Of a stretch of DNA of 64,000 bases, positions 42,016 to 50,635 are shown one piece after another. The stretch's first letter is position 1; each line of letters starts with the position of its first letter. The stretch comes from Alphaproteobacteria bacterium (GTDB taxonomy: Bacteria > Pseudomonadota > Alphaproteobacteria > Micropepsales > Micropepsaceae), in contig CANHNJ010000007.1 of the NCBI GenBank assembly GCA_947462105.1, forward strand, positions 19,638-83,637, read 5' to 3'. Under the pieces are notes generated by a model, which worked only from the letters and a program-made list of their open reading frames with translations, did not search any database and had not been told where the DNA came from. The position numbers and the translations under genes are program-made.

Positions 42016-42158
42016 ACCCCCATCCATCGCAACTCGGGTCCGCTAAGTAGCGGACACCTTGTTGCGACACCTTCCCTCTTTCAGGCGCGCCGATGCGCGC
42101 AAAGGGGGAAGGAAGCTGGCGGATGCTGCCGGTCGCCCGGCAGCTGCGCTGCCTGGCT
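42016..42158 (+). repeat. ~140-bp structured dispersed repeat, copy B
   Basis: Aligns with the reverse complement of 33197-33335. Confidence 0.85.
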
Positions 42159-42256
42159 CGCGCATAACCGTAACTCGCATTTTTTCGCGCAAAGACGGTT
42201 TTTTCTGCGCCTTCCAGCCTCTATACCTGCTGCACGAAGCAGGCTGAGGACATGCT

Positions 42257-43657
42257 ATGGCGGATAATTTCGACGTGATCGTGATCGGCGGCGGGCCGGG
42301 CGGCTACAACACCGCCATCCGGGCCGGCCAATTGGGTCTTTCCGCCGCCTGCATCGACAAGCGGGGCCAGTTCGGTGGCACCTGCCTGAACATCGGCTGC
42401 ATCCCGTCCAAGGCGCTGCTGCACGCCTCCGAGCGTTTCCACGAAGCGACCCACGAATTCGCCGCGCTGGGCATCAAGGCGACAGTCGAACTCGACCTGC
42501 CCGCCATGATGGCGAAAAAGGACAAGGTGGTGGGCGAGCTCACCAAGGGCGTCGAATACCTGCTCAAAAAGAACAAGGCCGAGGCCATCACCGGCGAGGC
42601 GAAGATCGTTGCGCCCGGTACCGTGGAAGTGAAAACCAAGGACGGGGTGCGCACCCTGACGGCTAAGAACATCGTCATCGCCACCGGCTCGGATGTGGCG
42701 AAGCTGCAGGGCGTCACCATCGACGAGAAGCAGATTGTCTCGTCCACCGGTGCGCTGGCGCTCAAGGAAGTGCCCAAGCGCCTGCTGGTCGTGGGCGCAG
42801 GCGTGATTGGTCTGGAACTGGGTTCGGTGTGGAAGCGGCTGGGCGCTGACGTCACGGTGGTTGAATTTCTCGACCGCATCACGCCGGGGCTGGATGGCGA
42901 GATCGGCAAGACCTTTCAGCGCGTACTTTCCAAGCAGGGTTTTTCCTTCCAGCTTTCCACCAAGGTGGTGGGTGTTGAAAAGACCAAGAGCGGTCTGAAG
43001 GTCACGGTTGAACCGGCGGCGGGCGGCGAGAAGAGCGTCATCGAAACCGACATCATGCTGGTCGCCATCGGCCGCGCGCCCTACACGGCGAATCTGGGGC
43101 TTGAGGCGGTCGGCGTGGCGCTGGACAAGCGCAGCCGCATCGTCACCGACAATCACTATCGCACCAATGTGCCGGGCATCTATGCCATCGGCGATTGCCG
43201 CGAAGGTGCCATGCTGGCGCACAAGGCCGAGGACGAAGCCGTGGCGGTGGCCGAGATCATCGCGGGCAAGCCCGGTCATGTGAATTACGACACGATTCCG
43301 TCGGTGGTTTATACCTTCCCGGAAGTTGCTTCCGTCGGAAAGACCGAGGAAGAACTCAAGACGGCGGGCATCGCCTACAAGATCGGCAAGTTCCCCTTCA
43401 CCGCCAATGCCCGCGCCAAGACCATCGCTTCCACGGACGGCCTGGTGAAGATCATCGCCGACGCTGCCACCGACAAGGTGCTGGGCTGCCACATCGTCGG
43501 CCCCGAGGCCGGCAACCTGATCGCCGAAGTGGTGCTGGCGATGGAATTCGGCGCGTCGTCGGAAGACATCGCCCGCACCTGTCATCCGCATCCGACGCTG
43601 ACCGAGGCCGTGCGCCAGGCGGCGATGGGTGTGGAAAATTGGACGATGCAAATGTGA
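42257..43657 (+). CDS. lpdA: Dihydrolipoamide dehydrogenase
   Basis: GGTCLNIGCIPSK, GAGVIGLE, MLAHKA, HPHPT. Confidence 0.97.
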   Translation: MADNFDVIVIGGGPGGYNTAIRAGQLGLSAACIDKRGQFGGTCLNIGCIPSKALLHASERFHEATHEFAALGIKATVELDLPAMMAKKDKVVGELTKGVEYLLKKNKAEAITGEAKIVAPGTVEVKTKDGVRTLTAKNIVIATGSDVAKLQGVTIDEKQIVSSTGALALKEVPKRLLVVGAGVIGLELGSVWKRLGADVTVVEFLDRITPGLDGEIGKTFQRVLSKQGFSFQLSTKVVGVEKTKSGLKVTVEPAAGGEKSVIETDIMLVAIGRAPYTANLGLEAVGVALDKRSRIVTDNHYRTNVPGIYAIGDCREGAMLAHKAEDEAVAVAEIIAGKPGHVNYDTIPSVVYTFPEVASVGKTEEELKTAGIAYKIGKFPFTANARAKTIASTDGLVKIIADAATDKVLGCHIVGPEAGNLIAEVVLAMEFGASSEDIARTCHPHPTLTEAVRQAAMGVENWTMQM

Positions 43658-43666
43658 CATCGCGCT

Positions 43667-44864
43667 TTAGCGCGAATTTACATGCTCCGGCCTGACGCCC
43701 AGGCCGATGAAGCGCGCCGGGTATTTCCGCAAGAAGGCATGGCGGTCCAGCAGCCACAGCAGCAACGGCACTTTTGGTAGGCGCCAGGAAGCGGTTCTGG
43801 ATCGCTACCTGGAACATCTGCACCATGCGGGTGGGGAATTCGCGCCGCTTCTGCACCTTGTTCAGTTCACCCAGCCTGGGCACGCCCTTGCGCAGGATCG
43901 GCGCCAAGATGTTCGCCGCCGCCACCGCATCCTGTACCGCTAGGTTGATGCCTATACCGCCCATCGGCGACATGGCATGCGCGGCGTCGCCGATACAAAG
44001 CAGGCCCGGCCTCGTCCACTGCATCAGCCGGTTCACAGCCACCGTCAGCAGCTTCACCTGTACAAAGTCATGGATGGCGTCTTCGATGCTGCCATCCTCG
44101 AAGTCGGTGGCGACGCGCAGCCGCTGGCGGAAGGCGGTGATACCTTCGGCGCGGATGGCATCAAAACCACCCTTTGCGATCACCATCGCGCATTGCCAAT
44201 AATCGCCGCGCGGAATCATCACGAACATTTGGCCTGTCGCCAGTTTTCCCGCCACATCGTCCGGCTCGCCCGGCAAGCGCGGCAGGCGCAACCAGAGAAC
44301 GTCGAAAGGCGCGCCAAGCTCCTTCAGCTTCAGTCCCGACTTTGTGCGCAGTGCGGAATGACGGCCATCGGCGGCCACGGTCAGCCCGGCGCGGATCTGG
44401 ATGTTGCTGGACGCACTTTTGGCCAGCACACCGGCGATGCGCTCGCCGGTCTTGGGGTTGCTCTGGGCTAGCAGGTCTTTCGCCTCTGTCTCCATCAGCA
44501 GGCGGAATTTGGGATAGGCCCTGGCCTTGCGAACCAGGAAATCCCATTGCGGCATCATGGCGATGAAATTGCACGGCTCCGGCAGCCGTGACAGGTCGGC
44601 GAAAGCATAGTGCCGCGCGCCGATATCGATGCCGGCCTGGAAGACGCGGGCATGCGGCAGGGCGAGGAATTCCTCCAGCAACCCAAGTTCGTGCATGATC
44701 TGCAGCGTGGAGGGATGCACCGTGTCGCCGCGAAAATCGCGCAGGAAATCGCGATGCTTTTCCAGCACCGTCACGTCCACGCCGCCGCGCGCCAGCAACA
44801 GCCCCAGCATCATGCCGGCAGGGCCGCCGCCAGCGATGACGCAGGTGGTCGAAAGACTTTCCAT
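43667..44864 (-). pseudogene. UbiH-like FAD-dependent oxidoreductase with C-terminal frameshift (~43775)
   Basis: GGGPAG, DFRGDT, ADGRHS, GDAAHAMSPMGGIGINLA. The family-type tail KVPLLLWLLDRHAFLRKYPARFIGLGVRPEHVNSR* lies in another frame. Confidence 0.75.
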
Positions 44865-44892
44865 GTCGGATTGGGGCGGCTAGGTTGGACGC

Positions 44893-45645
44893 ATGCGTCC
44901 CAACAAGCTGAAACAAATCTGGGCTTCCGGCAAGGCATCCGTCGATTGCTGGCTGATGCTGCCCTCCGCCATCGCCGCTGAACAACTGGCCCATCAGGGC
45001 TGGGATAGCCTCACCATCGACCAGGAGCATGGCCAGGCCGATCATGCCGGCATGGTACAGATGCTGACCGCGATCTCGACCACCGATGCCGTGCCCATCG
45101 TCCGGGTAAAGTGGAACGATCCTGGCGACATCATGCGGGCGCTGGATTCGGGCGCCTATGGCGTGATCTGCCCCATGATTGAGACGCGCGAACAGTGCGA
45201 GGCTTTCGTTGGCGCCAGCCGATACGCCCCGATGGGTTACCGGTCCTTCGGGCCGCGCCGCGCCACCATCTATGGCGGCGACGATTATTCCGATCATGCC
45301 AACGATACTGTGCTGACCATCGCCCAGATCGAAACCGTCAAGGGTCTGAAGAACATCGATGCCATCGCATCGGTGCCGGGGCTGGACATGCTCTATCTCG
45401 GCCCCAATGACATGCGGCTGACCATGGGCATGAAGACCAGCCCCCGCATCACCGAGCCGGAAATCATCGCGGTGTGCGAACAGGTGGTGGCGGCGGCAAA
45501 GCGGGCGGGCATCCGGTCGGGCATGTTCTGCACCAATGTCGAGGACGCGCAGAAGATGATTGCCCTGGGCTTTGACCATGTCACCGCCATCCTGGACGAT
45601 GTGCTGCTGGCGGCGGGTGCCGGCATGCGCAAGCAGTTCGTATAA
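44893..45645 (+). CDS. HpcH/HpaI aldolase family protein
   Basis: IDQEHG, LDSGAYGVICPM, RSFGP, QIETVKG, YLGPND. Confidence 0.9.
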   Translation: MRPNKLKQIWASGKASVDCWLMLPSAIAAEQLAHQGWDSLTIDQEHGQADHAGMVQMLTAISTTDAVPIVRVKWNDPGDIMRALDSGAYGVICPMIETREQCEAFVGASRYAPMGYRSFGPRRATIYGGDDYSDHANDTVLTIAQIETVKGLKNIDAIASVPGLDMLYLGPNDMRLTMGMKTSPRITEPEIIAVCEQVVAAAKRAGIRSGMFCTNVEDAQKMIALGFDHVTAILDDVLLAAGAGMRKQFV

Positions 45646-45707
45646 GGAATATTTCAAACTCTTACGGCGCGCGCCGTGCTAGAAGCGTGACGGCAACAAC
45701 CATTTTG

Positions 45708-45723
45708 AAAGGAGGTGATCCAG
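45708..45723 (+). promoter_or_regulatory. Extended 16-nt Shine-Dalgarno sequence
   Basis: AAAGGAGGTGATCCAG is the exact reverse complement of the conserved 16S 3' end CTGGATCACCTCCTTT. Confidence 0.85.
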
Positions 45724-45785
45724 TGTCTCATTGTCATCTATTGGCCGCGAGCTGGATCCTCGTTTCGACCGGGGACCGCGACTGA
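45723..45785 (+). CDS. 20-aa sORF MSHCHLLAASWILVSTGDRD, rreB/rreR-like
   Basis: GTG start directly after the extended SD; followed by hairpins and a terminator. Confidence 0.55.
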   Translation: MSHCHLLAASWILVSTGDRD

Positions 45786-45829
45786 CCAGTTGACTGGTCT
45801 GGGCGCCTCGCGTTCCAGCGAAGACAATG

Positions 45830-45869
45830 GAAGGGCTGTTTCCCAGACGGGGAAACAGCCCTTCTTTGT
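45830..45869 (+). terminator. Rho-independent terminator
   Basis: GAAGGGCTGTTTCCC / GGGAAACAGCCCTTC 15-bp stem followed by TTTGT. Confidence 0.85.
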
Positions 45870-45955
45870 TGGTAGGCCCGGCCGGACTTGAACCGGCACA
45901 TCCTTGCGGACAACGGATTTTAAGTCCGGTGCGTCTACCATTCCGCCACGGGCCC
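45870..45955 (-). tRNA. trnL: tRNA-Leu (anticodon UAA), CCA encoded
   Basis: GGGCCCG acceptor, GGCGGAATGGTAGACGC D-arm, CT-TAA-AA loop, long variable arm, GGTTCAAGTCC T-arm, ...CCTA-CCA; C:U mismatch at the top of the anticodon stem. Confidence 0.95.
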
Positions 45956-46081
45956 ATAGCCAATCAGATACTTAAGACCCGGCGGTGGTGCAAACCGCCC
46001 GCCGCGCCCTTGCCCAGTTGCAGATGGTTCCCGGGGGCCTATGATGGGCCAAAAGCACAAGAACATGGGGGAGGGGTAGCC

Positions 46082-47014
46082 ATGCGATTTCCAATCGCGC
46101 CGTTGGCATTGCTGGTTCTGGCTGGCAGCGCCCTGGCGCAGACGCCGGCACCTGCGCCAGCCGCCGCGCCCCGCGTCCTCAAATATTCTCTGGCCCCGCG
46201 CCCTGATCCCCTGACGCCCTGGACGCTGCCCAACAAGCCGCACTGGCGGCTGGTCGAGCTCCTGGCCGCCCACAAGGGCGAGGCGCGCTGGTCGCAGACC
46301 CTGGTGCAGGACCGCACCTTCACGGGCCGCTACATCCAGATGGCGCCCGGCGAAAAGACCAAGCGGCTTTTCTATCCCGACAATGAGATTTTCTGGGTGG
46401 TGCAGTCCGGCCAGATGCGGGTGAGCATCGATGGGCTGGCGCCCTTCGTGGCGGGCAAGAGCGTGGTGGTGCAGGTGCCACAGCGCACCGCCTTCCATGT
46501 CGAGACGCTCGGCAACGAGCCGGTGCTGCGCTTCGAGGTCACCTATACGGGGATGCCGCCGGTCTATGCGGCGGAGGAAACGCCACCCAGCGAAGCGGGC
46601 GTTACATTTGTACGCATCGCCTATCCCGCAGGACCGGCAACAAAGCTCACCCCGGCGCAGGTCTATATCAACTACGACAAGGATGTGGTGCAGGGCGGCG
46701 GCCGTGGCGGCCGGTTCCTCAAGGCGGGCAGCTTCATTCGCGGCGCGTCCATTCCCACCCCGCCGCGCGATGATCTGGGCCATTTCCACGTCGAGACCAG
46801 CGAGTTCTGGTTCGTGATGGAAGGGCGGCTGGACTTCCAGCTTGAGGGCAACAAGCCGGTGATCGCCGAACAGGGCGACGTGGTCTTCGCGCCCTATGGC
46901 CGCTTCCATCGCAACAACTTCACCGGTGGCGGCATGGCCACCCGGCTGGCGATCTTCCCCACCGGCAACATCAACAATCTGGACGCGGAAAATCCGTCGA
47001 GGCAGTCGCCATGA
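46082..47014 (+). CDS. Secreted bicupin, paralog 1
   Basis: Signal peptide; N-terminal cupin without His ligands; C-terminal cupin GHFHVETSEFWFVMEG / GDVVFAPYGRFH. Confidence 0.85.
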   Translation: MRFPIAPLALLVLAGSALAQTPAPAPAAAPRVLKYSLAPRPDPLTPWTLPNKPHWRLVELLAAHKGEARWSQTLVQDRTFTGRYIQMAPGEKTKRLFYPDNEIFWVVQSGQMRVSIDGLAPFVAGKSVVVQVPQRTAFHVETLGNEPVLRFEVTYTGMPPVYAAEETPPSEAGVTFVRIAYPAGPATKLTPAQVYINYDKDVVQGGGRGGRFLKAGSFIRGASIPTPPRDDLGHFHVETSEFWFVMEGRLDFQLEGNKPVIAEQGDVVFAPYGRFHRNNFTGGGMATRLAIFPTGNINNLDAENPSRQSP

Positions 47015-47916
47015 AGCTCCGTGCCATCATCGCGCTGTCGCTGCTGGCCGCCGCGCCTGCGCTGGCGCAGGCCCCCGCCGCCAGCATGAATTATGGCTGG
47101 GCCCCCAAGCCCGTTTCTGCGCCCATTGTGGCGCCCAACCGCGCCCTCTGGCGTCTGGCCGACATACAAAAGGCACATGCAGGCCAGAAAAGCTGGTCGC
47201 AAATGGTGGTGCGTGATCCGCGCGGCCTGACCGGCACCTATATCCAGACCGCGCCGGGCGGCAAATCACCCAAGGCGATGTATTCCGACGCCACCACCTT
47301 CTTCGTGGTCCAGTCGGGCCAGTTGCGCGTCAGCATCGATGGCATCGAGCCCTTCACCGCCACCAAGGGCTTCCTGGTGCAGGTGCCATCGGCGCGCTTC
47401 GTGCAGGTCGAAGCTTTGGGCGACGCGCCGTCGCTGCGCTTTGAAGTCACCCAGACGATGGCGTTGCCGATCTATGCCGAAGGCGAGACGCCGCTCCCGA
47501 TCAAGGGCATGCGCTTTACCCGCACCGGCTATTACACCGCGCCCGTGGCTTATGGCGACCGCAAGCCCTTCATCGATTTTCAGAAGGAGATCGTGGCGGG
47601 CGGCGGCGCTGGCCGTGGCGCGGTGCAGGATGACGGCATCTCGGCCAACATCAACCGCGTCGCTTCGGTGCCGCGTCCGCCCGACAGCGACAAGGGCCAT
47701 TTTCACATCGGCACGTCGGAATTCTGGTTCATCCTGGAAGGCCAGGTGGATTACCTGATCGAAGGTGTGCCCTTCTTCACGGCGCAGCAGGGCGATGTCG
47801 TCTATGCCCCAGCGGGCCGCTGGCATCGTGCCACATCGGGCGGTACCGGTATGGCGACGCGCCTGTCCATCCATCCGGTGCCCAGCGCGCTGAATGCGAT
47901 GGAGCCTGCGCCCTAG
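47011..47916 (+). CDS. Secreted bicupin, paralog 2
   Basis: ATGA overlap; signal peptide; GHFHIGTSEFWFILEG / GDVVYAPAGRWH. Confidence 0.85.
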   Translation: MKLRAIIALSLLAAAPALAQAPAASMNYGWAPKPVSAPIVAPNRALWRLADIQKAHAGQKSWSQMVVRDPRGLTGTYIQTAPGGKSPKAMYSDATTFFVVQSGQLRVSIDGIEPFTATKGFLVQVPSARFVQVEALGDAPSLRFEVTQTMALPIYAEGETPLPIKGMRFTRTGYYTAPVAYGDRKPFIDFQKEIVAGGGAGRGAVQDDGISANINRVASVPRPPDSDKGHFHIGTSEFWFILEGQVDYLIEGVPFFTAQQGDVVYAPAGRWHRATSGGTGMATRLSIHPVPSALNAMEPAP

Positions 47917-47967
47917 AGCGGTCCCAGGAAAAGTGCCTAGCGGTTTACCGTCCGGAACCGCGACAAT
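47913..47967. repeat. Possible RIME-like intergenic element
   Basis: CTAGAGCGGTCCCAGGAAAAGTG...CGGTTTACCGTCCGGAACCGCGACAA resembles Rhizobiales intergenic mosaic repeats (from memory); single copy here. Confidence 0.35.
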
Positions 47968-47976
47968 AAAAAGAGC

Positions 47977-48930
47977 TTATTCTGCCCCGCCTGCGCCATC
48001 GGCCTGCAGCGAGTTCGCCGCCGTGGCGATGGGGTGGATCGAGACGCGCGTGGCGATGTCGCCGACATGGCCGGAACGGTGCCAGCGGCCCGCTGGGGCA
48101 TAGACGATGTCTCCCTGCGCGGCGCGCACCAGCGGCACGCCCTCGATCAGGAATTCGGCGTTGCCTTCCAGCATGAACCAGAACTCGCTGGTGCCGTCAT
48201 GGAAATGACCCCACTGGGTGGCTGGCGGCGTCGGCGCGCCGGGCGCGCGGTTGATGTTCGCGGCGGTTTCGCCATCGCGGATCGGCATCGCCCGGCCACC
48301 GCCTTCGATCACTTCCTTCTGGTAATCGATGAAGGGCTTGGTCGTGCCATAGGAACCGCCCGCGCCCTGCAGCGTCACTTTCTCATACGTGTAGCCCTTC
48401 ACCGGCGTCGGCGTTTCGCTGATGGGATAGAAGGGCTGGGCGCGGGTGTGCGTCACTTCAAAGCGCAGCACGGGGGCGTCGCCCACCGTTTCCATCGCGT
48501 ACTGCACCCGCGCCGGCACCTGCACCACGAAGCCCTTGCCGGCCACGAACGGCTCCTGGCCCTGGATGGTGACGCGCATCTGGCCCGCCTGCACGAACCA
48601 GAACATGGAGCTGTCGACAAAGAACTGGGTCTTGGTCTTCTCGCCCGGCGCCATCTGGATGTAACGCCCGGTCAGGCCGGTGGCGTCGCGCACCACCAGT
48701 TCGTTCCAGCTCTTGTCACGGGCGTGGCGGCGCTGCAGGTCCGCCACCTGCACCAGCGGCTTGTTGGGCGCCACGAACGGCGCCAGCACCGGCTTGGGCG
48801 CCCAGGCCAGCATCGGCGGTGCGGCGGGGCCGCGACCACCGCGGCCGACTGGCGCGGCGTCCTGTGCGAAGACGCTGACCGGCAGCGCCGTCAGCAGAAG
48901 CGCCAGAATCGTCTTGCGCGCGAATGTCAT
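47977..48930 (-). CDS. Secreted bicupin, paralog 3
   Basis: Signal peptide; GHFHDGTSEFWFMLEG / GDIVYAPAGRWH. Confidence 0.85.
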   Translation of the reverse strand: MTFARKTILALLLTALPVSVFAQDAAPVGRGGRGPAAPPMLAWAPKPVLAPFVAPNKPLVQVADLQRRHARDKSWNELVVRDATGLTGRYIQMAPGEKTKTQFFVDSSMFWFVQAGQMRVTIQGQEPFVAGKGFVVQVPARVQYAMETVGDAPVLRFEVTHTRAQPFYPISETPTPVKGYTYEKVTLQGAGGSYGTTKPFIDYQKEVIEGGGRAMPIRDGETAANINRAPGAPTPPATQWGHFHDGTSEFWFMLEGNAEFLIEGVPLVRAAQGDIVYAPAGRWHRSGHVGDIATRVSIHPIATAANSLQADGAGGAE

Positions 48931-49020
48931 GGCGTTCCCCTGGATGCGTGTTTTGCGGCAGCTTATGCGAGCGCATGGGCCCGCGCCAACCGGCGGCGGA
49001 TTACAGGAATGACAGGCAGT

Positions 49021-49614
49021 CTAGCGCGCCGGGGCGGTGGCGGGTGCCGTGACCGGCGCCTGGGCCGTGGTGGTAAGTGGCGCGGAATCGTCGACATAGA
49101 CCTGCATGGTCGGGCCGATGACGGCATCGGTGATATGGCCGGCATAGACCGTGCCGTTGCGATAGACCGCGACCGAGCCATGCACATGCACCGTCCGCAC
49201 GCCGGTGGTGGCGTTCTTCACGATGCTGCCGATGAAGGAGGTGACTTCCATCATCTCCTTCAGCCGGATCGTCTTGTAGATGCGCTTGTCGGCCTCGAAC
49301 CAGCTGATCGACGCCGATTGCAGCGCGCCGAAAGCGGTGAGATGCGCCAGGGTCAGGTTGTTCTTGTCGGCGAACTCCTTCAGGCCCTGGATCGCTTCAT
49401 CGCCCTTGGAGAAGACGACCTGAAAGCTTCGCTTGTCGGGATTGAGTTCGGTGACGCGCATGGTGGGCGCCTGGCCGGTTTGCGGCGGCGGCGGCGTGTT
49501 GAGATATTCGACGGGCAGGCCGCCTGCCGTTGTTTCTGGTTGTGCCGCCGTCTGGGCATGGGCCGCAGCCGTCAGCGCAGCCAGCATGACGCAGCCTGTT
49601 GCGAATTTCTTCAT
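49021..49614 (-). CDS. PPC/DUF296-domain protein with signal peptide
   Basis: MKKFATGCVMLAALTAAAHA leader; LTAFGAL, EVTSFIGSI, HVHGSV, AGHI. Confidence 0.8.
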   Translation of the reverse strand: MKKFATGCVMLAALTAAAHAQTAAQPETTAGGLPVEYLNTPPPPQTGQAPTMRVTELNPDKRSFQVVFSKGDEAIQGLKEFADKNNLTLAHLTAFGALQSASISWFEADKRIYKTIRLKEMMEVTSFIGSIVKNATTGVRTVHVHGSVAVYRNGTVYAGHITDAVIGPTMQVYVDDSAPLTTTAQAPVTAPATAPAR

Positions 49615-49816
49615 GGCATTCCCCCTGTGACAGCGGATTGGCTCCGCCATTCTTGTTCAGGCCGGTAATGCCGTGGGTGTTCGATGCGGCATGACCGGTC
49701 GACACGCGAATGGTATCACCAATCGCACGGGTCTGTCGCCATCACGGAACAGAACTGGATTTCATGCTGCGCGCGCTGTGTTCGCCTTCCGGCAACGTCA
49801 GCCTGCCACGAGGGTA

Positions 49817-49957
49817 TTAGCGCTTCTTGGCGATGCGGGGCTTGGGTGCGGGCGCCGGCTCGGCGGCCTTCAGCTTGGCCTTTTCCAGGGCGACGGCGGA
49901 ATTGGCGGCCCGGCGCTCCACGGCGGCGGCGGACATATCATCAGGGATCTTGGGCAT
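49817..49957 (-). CDS. Small basic protein (46 aa; missed by ORF track)
   Basis: MPKIPDDMSAAAVERRAANSAVALEKAKLKAAEPAPAPKPRIAKKR; GGAGAG RBS; strongly biased GCC/AAG codons. Confidence 0.7.
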   Translation of the reverse strand: MPKIPDDMSAAAVERRAANSAVALEKAKLKAAEPAPAPKPRIAKKR

Positions 49958-50209
49958 GGGCTCTCCGGGTCAGGCTGGAACCTAGTCTGCCCTCCTGCCG
50001 CCAGCAATCCCGCCCGCCCGCATAGCTGTATCCGTGCTTTGTGCGGGGGCGTGATGCTGCTTAAATTCATTTACTATCAGATGCTTATTCAGTGAAAACG
50101 CTATCGCCAGCGCCGCCATTCCGAGATGTTTTTTATATATACATTGCCCCCGGAACCAGATTCCCGCTACGCCCGTAAACATTGCGGGGACAGTGCGGGA
50201 GTGTGTTGC

Positions 50210-50431
50210 ATGGAAATCAATTGGACTACGCCCACCAAGCTGTTCATCGCCGACACCCGGACGCAGAAATTCCGGGAGAAGCCGGACCTGGAAGCCGATC
50301 TGCGCACCTGCGTTGACCTTGCCAGAGGGTGGGATGACGGCGTGAATTTCCAGCTGGACGTGGTCTCGCCGGTCCTGGGTAAAACCACCCTCCTGCGCCA
50401 GGACCTTGAACTTCTGCCCAGGACGGATTGA
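50210..50431 (+). CDS. Small hypothetical protein (73 aa, MEINWTTPTKL...)
   Basis: GGGAG RBS; host codon usage; AT-rich flanks. Confidence 0.65.
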   Translation: MEINWTTPTKLFIADTRTQKFREKPDLEADLRTCVDLARGWDDGVNFQLDVVSPVLGKTTLLRQDLELLPRTD

Positions 50432-50560
50432 GGCCGCCCATCTCGTGGCCGCTTGGCTATTGGTCAAACTGTACCAGTGCCCTTGTGCGCGGTGATTTCA
50501 ATGTAAGCCATTGAATTCAAATGCATTGAAAAGGCATGCTCAACTATGGGTTGTTGGTGT

Positions 50561-50588
50561 TTGACTCGGGCCAGCCGCCACGTATAAG
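50561..50588 (+). promoter_or_regulatory. Sigma70-type promoter of rpsD
   Basis: TTGACT-N16-TATAAG, 47 nt upstream of the ATG. Confidence 0.55.
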
Positions 50589-50635
50589 TGCGCCCCTTTC
50601 CGGCACCCTGCCGGTACGAAATACCTCGAGGACTG

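Noticed and set aside
43774-43782. 9-nt match (TTGGTAGGC) between the oxidoreductase frameshift site and the tRNA-Leu 3' end, as a possible att site
   Set aside because: Both sides of the junction belong to the same gene, no integrase is present, and a short match can be chance.
45708-45723. 16S rRNA gene fragment
   Set aside because: The match is limited to 16 nt, the flanks do not resemble rRNA, and it sits in SD orientation before a GTG.
45870-49650. tRNA-anchored genomic island containing the bicupins
   Set aside because: The cluster lies on the tRNA's 5' side, with no integrase, no direct repeat of the tRNA 3' end, and host-like codon usage.
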